Source of the DNA: an uncultured bacterium
Lineage (GTDB): Bacteria; Patescibacteriota; Microgenomatia; Levybacterales; UBA12049
Reading direction: 5' to 3'
DNA: 64,000 bases
NCBI GenBank assembly: GCA_963826535.1
Contig: CAWGXL010000011.1
Coordinates: 512,809-576,808, forward strand
This document shows positions 1-10,262 of this stretch, piece after piece. Position numbers and translations under genes: made by a program. Under the pieces are notes generated by a model. The model was not told where the DNA came from, ran no database searches, and saw nothing but the letters and a program-made list of their open reading frames with translations. The stretch's first letter is position 1. Every line of letters starts with the position of its first letter.

Positions 1-3000
1 GTTGAGTTTCCGGGGTAAAGAGCGCCATTTGAAGAGTTCCAGAAGTTGGTGCCTGCACCGAGAGCACAGGATTGCCAGGTTGGAGCAGATGCTCCTGAGA
101 CAAGACAGAGGTTTTGGGTGGCTGTGGATGCTTGGGCTAGAAGTCCTGTAGTTTGGGTGCCGTAAATGACGCCATTCTGGCCATTCAAGTTATTGATTTG
201 TACGTTTCCGTTTTGGAGGACATTGAAGACAGTTGCGGAGTTATTCTTTACCTGTAAAATGTCTCCTGTGCTTGATGAATTTACCTGCTGGACAATTAAG
301 GCAACATTGCTGTCTGCGATGTTTCTGCTGATGGTTGTACCTGTACTGGCAGTATTTACTAACGCATTGTTAACGGTACTGTAATTTCTTAAACTTTGTC
401 CATAAATGTCCCCATTATCTACAACTTCAAAATTGGGAGCAGTGATGTATCTGTTGGAAAGAGTAGCTGATCCGGCAAGACCCAGATACCCATCGGGATT
501 AACAACAAACTTTCTAGCTCCGGACTTTGACGCTGTGAAGAGGTCGCCTGAGCCTCGATTGTCAACAATTAGGGAGGCAAAGTTTGAGTTAGCAGATATA
601 GATGCGGCAGGAGTCGTGGCGGAGTTGCCGCGGACGTCGAGGGTGGCGAGGGGGGAGGTGGTGTTGATGCCGAGATTGCCGGTACTTGTAACTCTTAGGC
701 GCTCTGTTGTTGATCCTCCTGAGGGTCGTGTACCTAGTGCAAAATATCCCGCAAAGTCGCTTCCTGTTGAACTCTCTTTAAACCCGCCTAGCATTGTAAA
801 TGTTCTTGTTGCATCAGCATTACCGCCAAAAGCTAAAGTTCCTCCTTTGTCTATTGCCGTAGCATCTGTGGTAAAGATACGCAGATTGCCTATATTGTCT
901 GAAAATCCTTGATAAGAATCACTTACAGATAATTTTGAATCAGGTGTTGTCGTCCCGATGCCGACGTTGCCTGTGCCGTTGGGGTTGAGGAGGATGTTGC
1001 CGGTTGTGTTGTAGGCGGAAGAGTTGCCTATGGTAAACGTTTGCCTGTTGGTTGTTGCCAGTGTACCATCGCCTGTGAGATAGGCTGCGTTATTGCTTGA
1101 GTTGGCTGAGATAGAGGCAGTTGGAGTACCTCCTGCTACATTGAGGAAGCCGAATTTGGCAGATGCAGTTGCCGTACCGCCAACCAGAAGATCAACGGTT
1201 GAGTTGCCCGGGTAGAGAGCGCCATTACTTGAGTTCCAGAAGTTGGTGCCTGCACCTAGAGCACAGGATTGCCAGGTTGGAGCAGATGCTCCTGAGACAA
1301 GACAGAGGTTTTGGGTCGCTGTGTTGGCGGAGGTTACAACTCCTGTTGTGTTGGCTGCATAAAGCACTTGATTATTGTTGGCAGTTAGACCTGCAAGAGT
1401 TAGATTCTGTCCTGAGGCAATTGTTGCTCCCGCGTTGAAGAGGGTAAGGTCTGCAAGGGCAATGTTGCCTGTGGTATCTCCTCCCAGAGTTAGTGTCTGA
1501 TTGGCGGTTGATTGAATGGTTGGAGTTGTGTAGAGTTTGAGTGCTCCTGAGATAGAGGCAGTTCCTGATATATCTAGGAGGGCGGTTGGGGTTGTGGTGC
1601 CAATACCGACTCTGCCGTTTGATTGGATAACCATGGCTTCTGTGCCCCCTTGGATGAGGGGATTAGTTCCCCAGGGAGCATTGACACGGAATTTAATACC
1701 ATTGGAACTGTCTTCACTGGCAAGGGTAAAGTAGTCGTCTGTGCGGTTGATTCCGATAGAGGCGGCATCGTTGTTGAAGTCTGTAAATAAGATAGATGCT
1801 CCGGCAACAGTTGTATCACTTATAAGAAATTTGGACGTATTACCTCCCAGGTTGGTTTCCGCACCTATCTGAAGGGAAGTTAAGGGGGAGGTTGTCCCGA
1901 TGCCCACGTTGCCACCCGCATCAATCACGAATGGAGTCGAGTCACCTGCGACATCATTGACCAGGAAGGAGTTACCTGTGCCGACGTTGGTGAGTGAGAA
2001 TACTTCCGCGTTGTCGGCAAGAAAGTCTGTTGAGGCATCAAGACTTAAAGTGTCTGAGAATTCTGTGAAACTCAGAATATCATCGGCGATTGAGATATTT
2101 GCTTCATTGCTGGGGCTTGCGGTAAGCAGAAAATCGGTGCTGAAGTCCATAGTGTCTACATCTGTACCAACAGGCGTTTCATTATTTTCAACATTTATAA
2201 CTCCTGCAGTTCCTAATCCTCCTGAATCCACCTTACACTCCCACAAAGAAGTTGTAGTATTCCATTTGAGAATTTGATTATTCGCGCAGCCCTTAAGAAG
2301 AGTTAATCCTGCAGAGGAGACTTCAAGACCTGAACTTGAGGAGGCAACGCCTGCATTTCCTGATGAAGTCAGGTTTATACCTGTACTTACTATTTTATTC
2401 ATTGTATCTGAGGTGAGGATAACTCCTGACCCACTGGCAAAGGTAAGTGTATCTGTATTACCACTTGCCGAGAAACTGGTATTGCCGACTGTTATTGTTT
2501 TGAATATATTTTGAGAAGAGCCCGGATCCTGGTTGGAGATAGTTGTGCCGCTTATGGCGATACCTGTTCCCGGGGTCAAAGTGATGCTGCCTGTCTGGCC
2601 CTGAAGAGAAAGTACACCGCTATTAGTTATAGTTGTGCCGCTGATTGCAATTCCTGAGCCATTGGTGAGGGTTACTGCGCCTGTTGTCCCCTGGAAACTG
2701 GTGACACCTGTATTGGTAAATGTGGTACCTACTATATCTATGCCCGAACCGGTAAAGCTTACAGCTCCTGTCTGGCCCTGGAGAGATAGTACTCCTGTAC
2801 TAGTGATCACAGGATTTACCTTAGCACCTGAAACTGCTATGCCATTTCCTGCGACTACACTTTGGAATAGATTGGGCGCAGTGAGAGTTCCTTTGATATC
2901 TACATTTTTATTGAACCTCGCATTTTCCCGGAAGAAGCTTTCTACGTTAACTGTAAAGATGAAGCGGGGACTAATTGAGTTGGTTGCTAAGACCGCGGCC

Positions 3001-3242
3001 AAATTGCGGGGATCAGTAAGAGGAGAGGGAATCTTAGACTGCTCATCGCTACTTAGGGAAGACAACCATGATTTAAGCGGGGAGCAAAAGGCAAGAGACT
3101 CATGCTTTAGGCAGAGCTCATTCAACTGAGCTTTAATAGTACCGGAGAGGAAAGAGGCATTGACAGATGCCAGACCAACTAAAAACAACACAACAAGACT
3201 TGTGTTGAGCAGCCATATTTTTCGGTTTATTTGTTTAAACAT
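1..3242 (-). CDS. giant secreted repeat protein, N-terminal >1080 aa (partial; continues beyond window start)
   Basis: Uninterrupted minus-strand reading frame from ATG at 3240-3242 to position 1. N-terminus MFKQINRKIWLLNTSLVVLFLVGLASVNA is signal-peptide-like. Thr/Gly/Ser/Asn-rich body with recurring motifs (GNVGIGTTSP, RVGIGTTTP, NLGINTTSP). Plus-strand ORFs 406..912, 1163..1438, 1900..2277 and 2635..3129 are antisense artefacts. Confidence 0.7.
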   Translation of the reverse strand, partial: MFKQINRKIWLLNTSLVVLFLVGLASVNASFLSGTIKAQLNELCLKHESLAFCSPLKSWLSSLSSDEQSKIPSPLTDPRNLAAVLATNSISPRFIFTVNVESFFRENARFNKNVDIKGTLTAPNLFQSVVAGNGIAVSGAKVNPVITSTGVLSLQGQTGAVSFTGSGIDIVGTTFTNTGVTSFQGTTGAVTLTNGSGIAISGTTITNSGVLSLQGQTGSITLTPGTGIAISGTTISNQDPGSSQNIFKTITVGNTSFSASGNTDTLTFASGSGVILTSDTMNKIVSTGINLTSSGNAGVASSSSGLEVSSAGLTLLKGCANNQILKWNTTTSLWECKVDSGGLGTAGVINVENNETPVGTDVDTMDFSTDFLLTASPSNEANISIADDILSFTEFSDTLSLDASTDFLADNAEVFSLTNVGTGNSFLVNDVAGDSTPFVIDAGGNVGIGTTSPLTSLQIGAETNLGGNTSKFLISDTTVAGASILFTDFNNDAASIGINRTDDYFTLASEDSSNGIKFRVNAPWGTNPLIQGGTEAMVIQSNGRVGIGTTTPTALLDISGTASISGALKLYTTPTIQSTANQTLTLGGDTTGNIALADLTLFNAGATIASGQNLTLAGLTANNNQVLYAANTTGVVTSANTATQNLCLVSGASAPTWQSCALGAGTNFWNSSNGALYPGNSTVDLLVGGTATASAKFGFLNVAGGTPTASISANSSNNAAYLTGDGTLATTNRQTFTIGNSSAYNTTGNILLNPNGTGNVGIGTTTPDSKLSVSDSYQGFSDNIGNLRIFTTDATAIDKGGTLAFGGNADATRTFTMLGGFKESSTGSDFAGYFALGTRPSGGSTTERLRVTSTGNLGINTTSPLATLDVRGNSATTPAASISANSNFASLIVDNRGSGDLFTASKSGARKFVVNPDGYLGLAGSATLSNRYITAPNFEVVDNGDIYGQSLRNYSTVNNALVNTASTGTTISRNIADSNVALIVQQVNSSSTGDILQVKNNSATVFNVLQNGNVQINNLNGQNGVIYGTQTTGLLAQASTATQNLCLVSGASAPTWQSCALGAGTNFWNSSNGALYPGNS

Positions 3243-3579
3243 ACTAATAATCCATATCAAATACACGAATAAGATTCGTTTACTTCCTACCTAGTAAGCA
3301 AGCGAATTCAATCTTCGTTTGAAAAATGTGATTAATAGTATTTTCTGTTTATTTCTGTTTTGTATTATGGGGAATTGTTCATATACTTTAATTGAAACAT
3401 AGTAGAGATAGGGAATGCAATAGAAATGCAAGAATAAAAGGCCAATCGCTAATAAATAGATAATTTAATTGTTCTACTGGTAGGTTGTTGTACTGGTTGA
3501 GTAGTAGTTTGATAGGTTGTTGAGTTATTACTCCGGGATTGTAATATTCGCTGAACTACGCAGTCAGGTTATTGAGGGT

Positions 3580-3609
3580 TTGACAAAAGCGATGTTTTTT
3601 GGCTATTCT
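3580..3609 (+). promoter_or_regulatory. putative sigma-70-type promoter of the ATP synthase operon (TTGACA-N18-TATTCT)
   Basis: TTGACA at 3580-3585, 18-nt spacer, TATTCT at 3604-3609. AGAGG ribosome-binding site before ATG at 3627. Confidence 0.4.
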
Positions 3610-3626
3610 AAACATAGAGGTTTATT

Positions 3627-4415
3627 ATGAGGCGAGTGTTCGCTTGTTTTATGGTGATTTTATTTTTTTTCTTGGTGGTGCCGTTGTGGCAAATTATTCC
3701 CGTTTCTTACGCTCAAAGTGATACTTCTTCCTCAGGAATAGCAGTTTCAATACAGGTGGTTGATAAAAAGGTTCAAGAGGGGGATATAATTACTCTTGCA
3801 CAAAAGGGGTATGCATTGGGTACTGTGCCATATGACCCTAATATTTTTGGTGTGGTTGTCAAAGATCCGGCAATCGCATTTGAGAGTAGTCAACCAGGTT
3901 CCTACCCGGTGATATCACATGGGAAAGTTTTCATGCGGGTATCAACAATTAACGGAAAGATAAAAAAGGGGGATTTGATTACGACTTCAGTTATTCCAGG
4001 AGTAGGACAGAAAGCTACAGAAACGGGTTTTATTGTTGCTTCAGCTTTGGAGGATTATGGATCTAGTTCTACAAAAGACGTCGGCAAAATTCTTGTGGTG
4101 CTTAATGTGGGGCAGGGAAATATATCAACGAATACAACCGGTAGCTTACTTAATGTATTTAAAACTGTCATGAGCGCGCCTCATCTGGCGCCATTAGCAG
4201 TGGTTAGATATATTTTTGCAGCGGTGATGGTTATATTGTCATTTGTAATTGCTGTAGGATATTTTGGCAGGATTTCAAGTTTAGGTATTGAAGCGCTGGG
4301 AAGAAATCCTTTGGCCAGCAAGATGATTACAATTGGTATAGTTTTACATGTTTTTTTAGCTCTTGTTATAGTTGCAGTTGGAGTCGCAGTTGCTTATTTC
4401 TCACTGGTGATTTAA
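3627..4415 (+). CDS. membrane protein: N-terminal signal/TM, ~170 aa extracytoplasmic domain, C-terminal ATP synthase c-subunit-like hairpin (no conserved carboxylate)
   Basis: First gene of the atp operon. C-terminus ...GIEALGRNPLASKMITIGIVLHVFLALVIVAVGVAVAYFSL resembles the c-subunit loop (ARQPE-like RNP) plus two helices. The position of the essential Glu/Asp (18 residues after the Pro) is Leu. Confidence 0.45.
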   Translation: MRRVFACFMVILFFFLVVPLWQIIPVSYAQSDTSSSGIAVSIQVVDKKVQEGDIITLAQKGYALGTVPYDPNIFGVVVKDPAIAFESSQPGSYPVISHGKVFMRVSTINGKIKKGDLITTSVIPGVGQKATETGFIVASALEDYGSSSTKDVGKILVVLNVGQGNISTNTTGSLLNVFKTVMSAPHLAPLAVVRYIFAAVMVILSFVIAVGYFGRISSLGIEALGRNPLASKMITIGIVLHVFLALVIVAVGVAVAYFSLVI

Positions 4416-4478
4416 GACGTATGAAATATGACTTAAGATGTATGATGTAAGATTTTAGTTTATACTATAATTTTAATT

Positions 4479-5192
4479 ATGAGTAATGTACTGCCTGCGG
4501 AATTATATTTGACGATTGGACCGATCGCGGTTCTTTCATTGGCTTTGGCCGCTGTGGCAGTTTCTTATGTATTTTTGCTTATAAAATTGGGTAAGAGTGA
4601 AAAGGATAAAGTATTTCTGCAAAGTAAAATCAGAGATCATGCATCGGATGTTTTACGGGATGCACATGAGAAACGTTTAAGAATTCTTCAAGAGGCCACG
4701 GAAACAGCACGAACAATAATCAATAATACACAGTTATTCAGCGATGAAGCAAAGACTCAATTTGCTACTGATCTTAACACCACGCGAAGGAAACAAGATG
4801 AACTATTAAATAAAAGAAGTGAGGAAATTTCAAAGCTGTATGAGCAGTTTGCTAACGATGTGCATGCCGAGACAACAGAGCAATTTAAAGGTGTTGCAAA
4901 AAATATGGAAAACTATGCAATAACCGGAATAGGAGAATTCAAAACGGCATTGGAAAGCGAGAAGTTATACATGCAGAAGCAGCTTGAGGTAAAAGTAGAA
5001 GAGGAGTACAAAAAGGCACAAAAGAATATTGAAGATTACAAAATAGATCAAATGAAGAAGGTTGATAAAAAAGTTTTTGACATTCTGCACGCGCTGATAC
5101 GTGATGTTTTGGGTAAGTCGTTGTCCTTGAAAGATCATGAAGAACTGGTGCAAAAAGCATTGGCACAGATGCAGACTGAGATGAATACTTAG
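4479..5192 (+). CDS. atpF: F-type ATP synthase subunit b-like (N-terminal TM helix plus long coiled coil)
   Basis: N-terminal hydrophobic helix, then a charged coiled-coil body. Sits between the c-like and delta genes. Confidence 0.55.
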   Translation: MSNVLPAELYLTIGPIAVLSLALAAVAVSYVFLLIKLGKSEKDKVFLQSKIRDHASDVLRDAHEKRLRILQEATETARTIINNTQLFSDEAKTQFATDLNTTRRKQDELLNKRSEEISKLYEQFANDVHAETTEQFKGVAKNMENYAITGIGEFKTALESEKLYMQKQLEVKVEEEYKKAQKNIEDYKIDQMKKVDKKVFDILHALIRDVLGKSLSLKDHEELVQKALAQMQTEMNT

Positions 5193-5282
5193 CTATAAGA
5201 CGTACGACCTATGACGTATGACTTAAGACTATAATTTTCTTATATCTTAAAGTCTTATATCATAAGTCTTAAGTCATGGAAT

Positions 5283-5768
5283 ATGGAAGAGAAGTTATTA
5301 AAATACAAGTCTTTGATCGAACTTACTAAAACAACTGATGATGTTGTTATTCTTGACCAAGAAATTGGTTTGCTTTTGCAGAGTCTGTTTCATTTTGACA
5401 AGAGAAAATTCGAAGAAATTTTGGAAAATCAGATTCGCATACGAGTTGCTTTGGAGATACGCAAGCTTCTGCAAACAAATATACATATGAGTAAAGAGGA
5501 GATAAAAGCACTTCTTTCCACTGGATACAAAACTATTTGTGCACTTCCAATACTTAGACTTACATTAGCTTTTGAACCAAGCGAATTGGTTATTAATAAT
5601 ATTTCCTATTGGGCACGGAATAATCTAGAGAAAGGAATACTAATTGATTTATCTTTGGACAGTAGTCTATTAGGAGGAGCTATTATTATGTATAAAGGAA
5701 AATTTTATGATTATTCCCTGCGAATAAAGCTGAAAGAGATTTTTCAAAAGGGAGACCTTAGCCTTTAG
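5283..5768 (+). CDS. atpH: F-type ATP synthase subunit delta (OSCP)
   Basis: Size and operon position fit. C-terminal LGGAIIMYKGKFYDYSLRIKLKEI matches the delta C-terminal motif. Confidence 0.6.
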   Translation: MEEKLLKYKSLIELTKTTDDVVILDQEIGLLLQSLFHFDKRKFEEILENQIRIRVALEIRKLLQTNIHMSKEEIKALLSTGYKTICALPILRLTLAFEPSELVINNISYWARNNLEKGILIDLSLDSSLLGGAIIMYKGKFYDYSLRIKLKEIFQKGDLSL

Positions 5769-5817
5769 CTATCAGCTATGAGCTATCAGCTGTTAGATTA
5801 TAGGGACATGTTATTGT

Positions 5818-7371
5818 ATGAAATCTTTTACGGAATATCTTAATGAGTATAAGGAGATTGGGTTTGTTTTGAAGGTCAATGGATTTATAGTCTTTATTGT
5901 GGGACTACCATCTGCGCGTGTTGGAGAACTGGTGATTTTTGAAGATAATAGTATCGGTGAAGTTATGTCGTTTGACGGTGACTATATTGAAGTTATGGTT
6001 TTCTCCCGAACTGCGCTTAAGTCACGAACGAGGGTTTCGAGGACAGACCGTTTTTTGACTATTCCGGTTGGGGAATCACTCCTGGGTAATGTTATCGATC
6101 CTTTTGGAGCGTCTTTAAATCCAGATCAATATATTCATGAGTCTACTGCCTTTGTTCCGCTTTGGACCGAAGCCTGGGGCATTTCCAGAAGGAAACGAAT
6201 TGACCGGCCTTTTGAAACGGGAGTGAGCCTGGTTGATTTGGCCGTTCCTTTGGGACGCGGACAACGAGAACTTATTATTGGGGACCGAAAAACAGGTAAA
6301 ACTTCTTTTGTGTTACAGACAATATTATTGCAGGCACGGGCAGGATCAATCTGTATTTATGCCGGAATAGGTCGTAAAAAAGCAGATATCAAGAGGATCG
6401 AGGAATATTTTATAGAGAACAAAATACAGAAAAATACTATAATTGTGGCTGCATCTTCCCATGATCCGGCAAGTTTAATTTATTTGACGCCTTATTCCGC
6501 AATGGCAATCGCAGAGTATTTTCGTGATCAGGGGAAAGATGTTTTTGTGGTTTTCGATGATTTGGTAACCCACGCAAAATTTTACCGCGAGATAGCCCTT
6601 CTTTCGGGCAGATTTCCAGGCAGGAATTCATATCCGGCAGATATTTTTTATGCCCATTCGCAATTATTGGAGCGTGCGGGAAATTTTGTTACTTCCAATG
6701 GTGACGCCTCGATCACAGCATTTGTAGTCGCGGAAACTCCACAGGGAGATCTTTCAGGTTATATTCAGACAAATATCATGTCAATGACTGATGGACATAT
6801 CTTTTTTGATAATGATTTTTTTATGTCGGGCCGGCGTCCGGCTGTTAATCCATTCCTTTCGGTGACCAGAGTAGGAAAGCAGGTTCAGAAGCCATTAAGA
6901 CGAGATGTTAGCCGAGAACTCAATTCGTTTTTTACCTACGCACAGCGTCTGCGTAATTTCGCTCACTTTGGCGAGGAGGCTACTCAATCTGTTCGGAGTG
7001 TGCTGGAGATGGAGGTTAAGATTAATGAATTTTTTACTCAACCAATATCTTTGATTATTCCTTCTGCTTTTCAGGTTTTTGTTTTTGCACTGATTTGGCA
7101 GAATAGATGGAAGGATGTAGCTATAGAGACTATGAGAAAGGAAATCCTGCAACTGCTTAAGGTTTATGAGACTGATACAAATGTCCGGAGCTCGGTTGAC
7201 CTTATGGTTTCCGAATCTAAGACTTTGAATGATTTTTTGAATAAGATAATAAAGAGCAATTTGGAAGTGCTGCAGAAGAAGCCTGAAGTGCCGGCTGAGA
7301 AAGTGATTCCTGGGGCTGACTTGGCAGAAGAAGCGGTGAAAGCAGAAAGGCAAATAGTGAGTGGTGAATAG
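5818..7371 (+). CDS. atpA: F-type ATP synthase alpha subunit
   Basis: P-loop GDRKTGKTS. FDDLVTHAKFYREIALLSGRFPGRNSYPADIFYAHSQLLERAG closely matches the alpha consensus. Confidence 0.9.
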   Translation: MKSFTEYLNEYKEIGFVLKVNGFIVFIVGLPSARVGELVIFEDNSIGEVMSFDGDYIEVMVFSRTALKSRTRVSRTDRFLTIPVGESLLGNVIDPFGASLNPDQYIHESTAFVPLWTEAWGISRRKRIDRPFETGVSLVDLAVPLGRGQRELIIGDRKTGKTSFVLQTILLQARAGSICIYAGIGRKKADIKRIEEYFIENKIQKNTIIVAASSHDPASLIYLTPYSAMAIAEYFRDQGKDVFVVFDDLVTHAKFYREIALLSGRFPGRNSYPADIFYAHSQLLERAGNFVTSNGDASITAFVVAETPQGDLSGYIQTNIMSMTDGHIFFDNDFFMSGRRPAVNPFLSVTRVGKQVQKPLRRDVSRELNSFFTYAQRLRNFAHFGEEATQSVRSVLEMEVKINEFFTQPISLIIPSAFQVFVFALIWQNRWKDVAIETMRKEILQLLKVYETDTNVRSSVDLMVSESKTLNDFLNKIIKSNLEVLQKKPEVPAEKVIPGADLAEEAVKAERQIVSGE

Positions 7372-7470
7372 TGAATGGTGAAGGGGGAGTTAAATTGAGA
7401 TGACCTCACCCCCTGCCTGTCGGCAGTACCCTCTCCTAAAAGGAGAGGGTTATGAGGAAGATATTATTTT

Positions 7471-8349
7471 ATGAGTGATTCACAGAAAACTGTTGGAATT
7501 GATATTGAGGCGATGTTGTCGATGAAGGAGTTTATCATCAGCCATGAAGAGATCGCGGCAAGCAGCATGCGGCGGATCCGGGATGCGGTTGTAAATAGAC
7601 GGGATTTTCTCGCAGAGCTTATTCAACTTTATAATGAGGTTAAGAAGAGCTATAAGCAAGAGATTAAAGGTTCCCACAATACCAAAGGCTTAGGTGGACA
7701 GGCGAAACTGAGCGTACTTAAGAAAATTAATAAAACGGTATGCGTTTTGTTATCTACAAATACCAGCTTATATGGAGATATCGTGAGAAATACTTACGAT
7801 CTTTTTAACGATTACCAAAAGAAGGAAAATGGCGACTCGGTTATAGTGGGAAAGGTCGGCAGGCGGGTTTTTGAGGCGGATAAGCCGGGGGTAAAATTCA
7901 CTTATTTTGATTTTCCAGATACGACTATGGACAATACGCTTTTGAAAGCAATTGCTCTTCATATCATTCAATATGAAAAAGTCGTTATTTTCCATTCAAA
8001 ATTTCAGTCACTTGTACGTCAGGTTCCTACCGCATTTGTGATTTCAGAGAGTAAGATAGATGAGACAGCCAGTTCAACTGATATTAAATATATTTTTGAG
8101 CCTTCAATGGAAAAAATTATGGAATATTTTGAGAAAGAAATTTTCAGTTCTATATTTGAGCAAACAATGCATGAATCACAACTCTCGAAATTTGCATCAC
8201 GCATGGTGACTCTGGATCAGGCTACTGATAGTATTAAAAGTAGACTGTCAGAATTAAATTTAAAAGAGAGACTTTTACATCATCAAATAATAAATAAGCA
8301 ACAACTTAATTCGATAACGAGACTGGTGATGTGGAAGAGAAATAGTTAA
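7471..8349 (+). CDS. atpG: F-type ATP synthase gamma subunit
   Basis: 292 aa between alpha and beta; divergent helical N- and C-termini. Confidence 0.6.
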   Translation: MSDSQKTVGIDIEAMLSMKEFIISHEEIAASSMRRIRDAVVNRRDFLAELIQLYNEVKKSYKQEIKGSHNTKGLGGQAKLSVLKKINKTVCVLLSTNTSLYGDIVRNTYDLFNDYQKKENGDSVIVGKVGRRVFEADKPGVKFTYFDFPDTTMDNTLLKAIALHIIQYEKVVIFHSKFQSLVRQVPTAFVISESKIDETASSTDIKYIFEPSMEKIMEYFEKEIFSSIFEQTMHESQLSKFASRMVTLDQATDSIKSRLSELNLKERLLHHQIINKQQLNSITRLVMWKRNS

Positions 8350-8370
8350 AAATTCAAAGTTAAAAGTTGA

Positions 8371-9759
<1,389 letters not shown>

Positions 9760-9780
9760 TTGTTTAATAGCTAATTTTTT

Positions 9781-9900
9781 ATGAATTGTCCGGGGTCGTG
9801 GGGCGTTGTCCGCCCCTGTCTCAGCCGATAAATCGGCTTCGCAGGCGGGCTCCTCCCTTCGGTCGTCCGCCCCCTACGCTAGCCACCCCTCTCAAGAGTA
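9781..9900. repeat. GC-rich MITE-like element (family shared with 17085-17140, 19621-19830, 24784-24900) inserted between atpD and atpC
   Basis: GC-rich island in an AT-rich genome. Shares CCGGGGTC...CCCCTGTCTC...GCAGGCGGGCTCCTCCCTTCGGTCGTCCGCCCC...CCACCCCT with other loci. Internal hairpin AGCCGAT-AA-ATCGGCT. Confidence 0.6.
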
Positions 9901-9942
9901 GATTTTATTGTTTTTATGAATACTTTAACGAAAGGGAATATT

Positions 9943-10182
9943 ATGTTGGTTATTAGGCGGAAGGAGAAGGTGCTTTTTGAGGGGGAGGTTCGCGCACTAA
10001 CTACTTATAATGAACGTGGAGTTTTTGATGTACTTTATGAACACGCTAATTTTATATCAATAATTAATAAGAATTGTTTGATTCATAAGACAGATGGAAC
10101 TACAAGCGAGGTGAAGATTGAAGAAGGGATATTGCGAGTACATGAGAATAAAGCGACGGTGTATTTGGGGATAATAGGCTAA
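9943..10182 (+). CDS. atpC: F-type ATP synthase epsilon subunit (N-terminal beta-sandwich domain only)
   Basis: MLVIRRKEKVLFEGEVRALTTYNERGVFDVLYEHANFISII is epsilon-like. GGGA ribosome-binding site before ATG 9943; the ORF track alternative start is 9916. Confidence 0.6.
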   Translation: MLVIRRKEKVLFEGEVRALTTYNERGVFDVLYEHANFISIINKNCLIHKTDGTTSEVKIEEGILRVHENKATVYLGIIG

Positions 10183-10189
10183 ATTAAGT

Positions 10190-10262
10190 TAAAAGTTCAA
10201 AATTAAAAGTTATATATAATAAAAGACAAACTTTGAACTTTGTTCTTTAAACTTTTAACTTA
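10190..10262. terminator. bidirectional hairpin terminator between convergent atpC and giant gene
   Basis: Inverted repeat TTAAGTTAAAAGTT...AACTTTTAACTTAA flanked by T/A runs, built from AAAGTTC-type heptamers. Confidence 0.5.

Noticed and set aside
406-3129. Plus-strand ORFs 406..912, 1163..1438, 1537..1734, 1900..2277, 2635..3129
   Set aside because: They are antisense to a continuous >1080-aa minus-strand reading frame with signal peptide and coherent repeats. Their translations are low-complexity mirror images.
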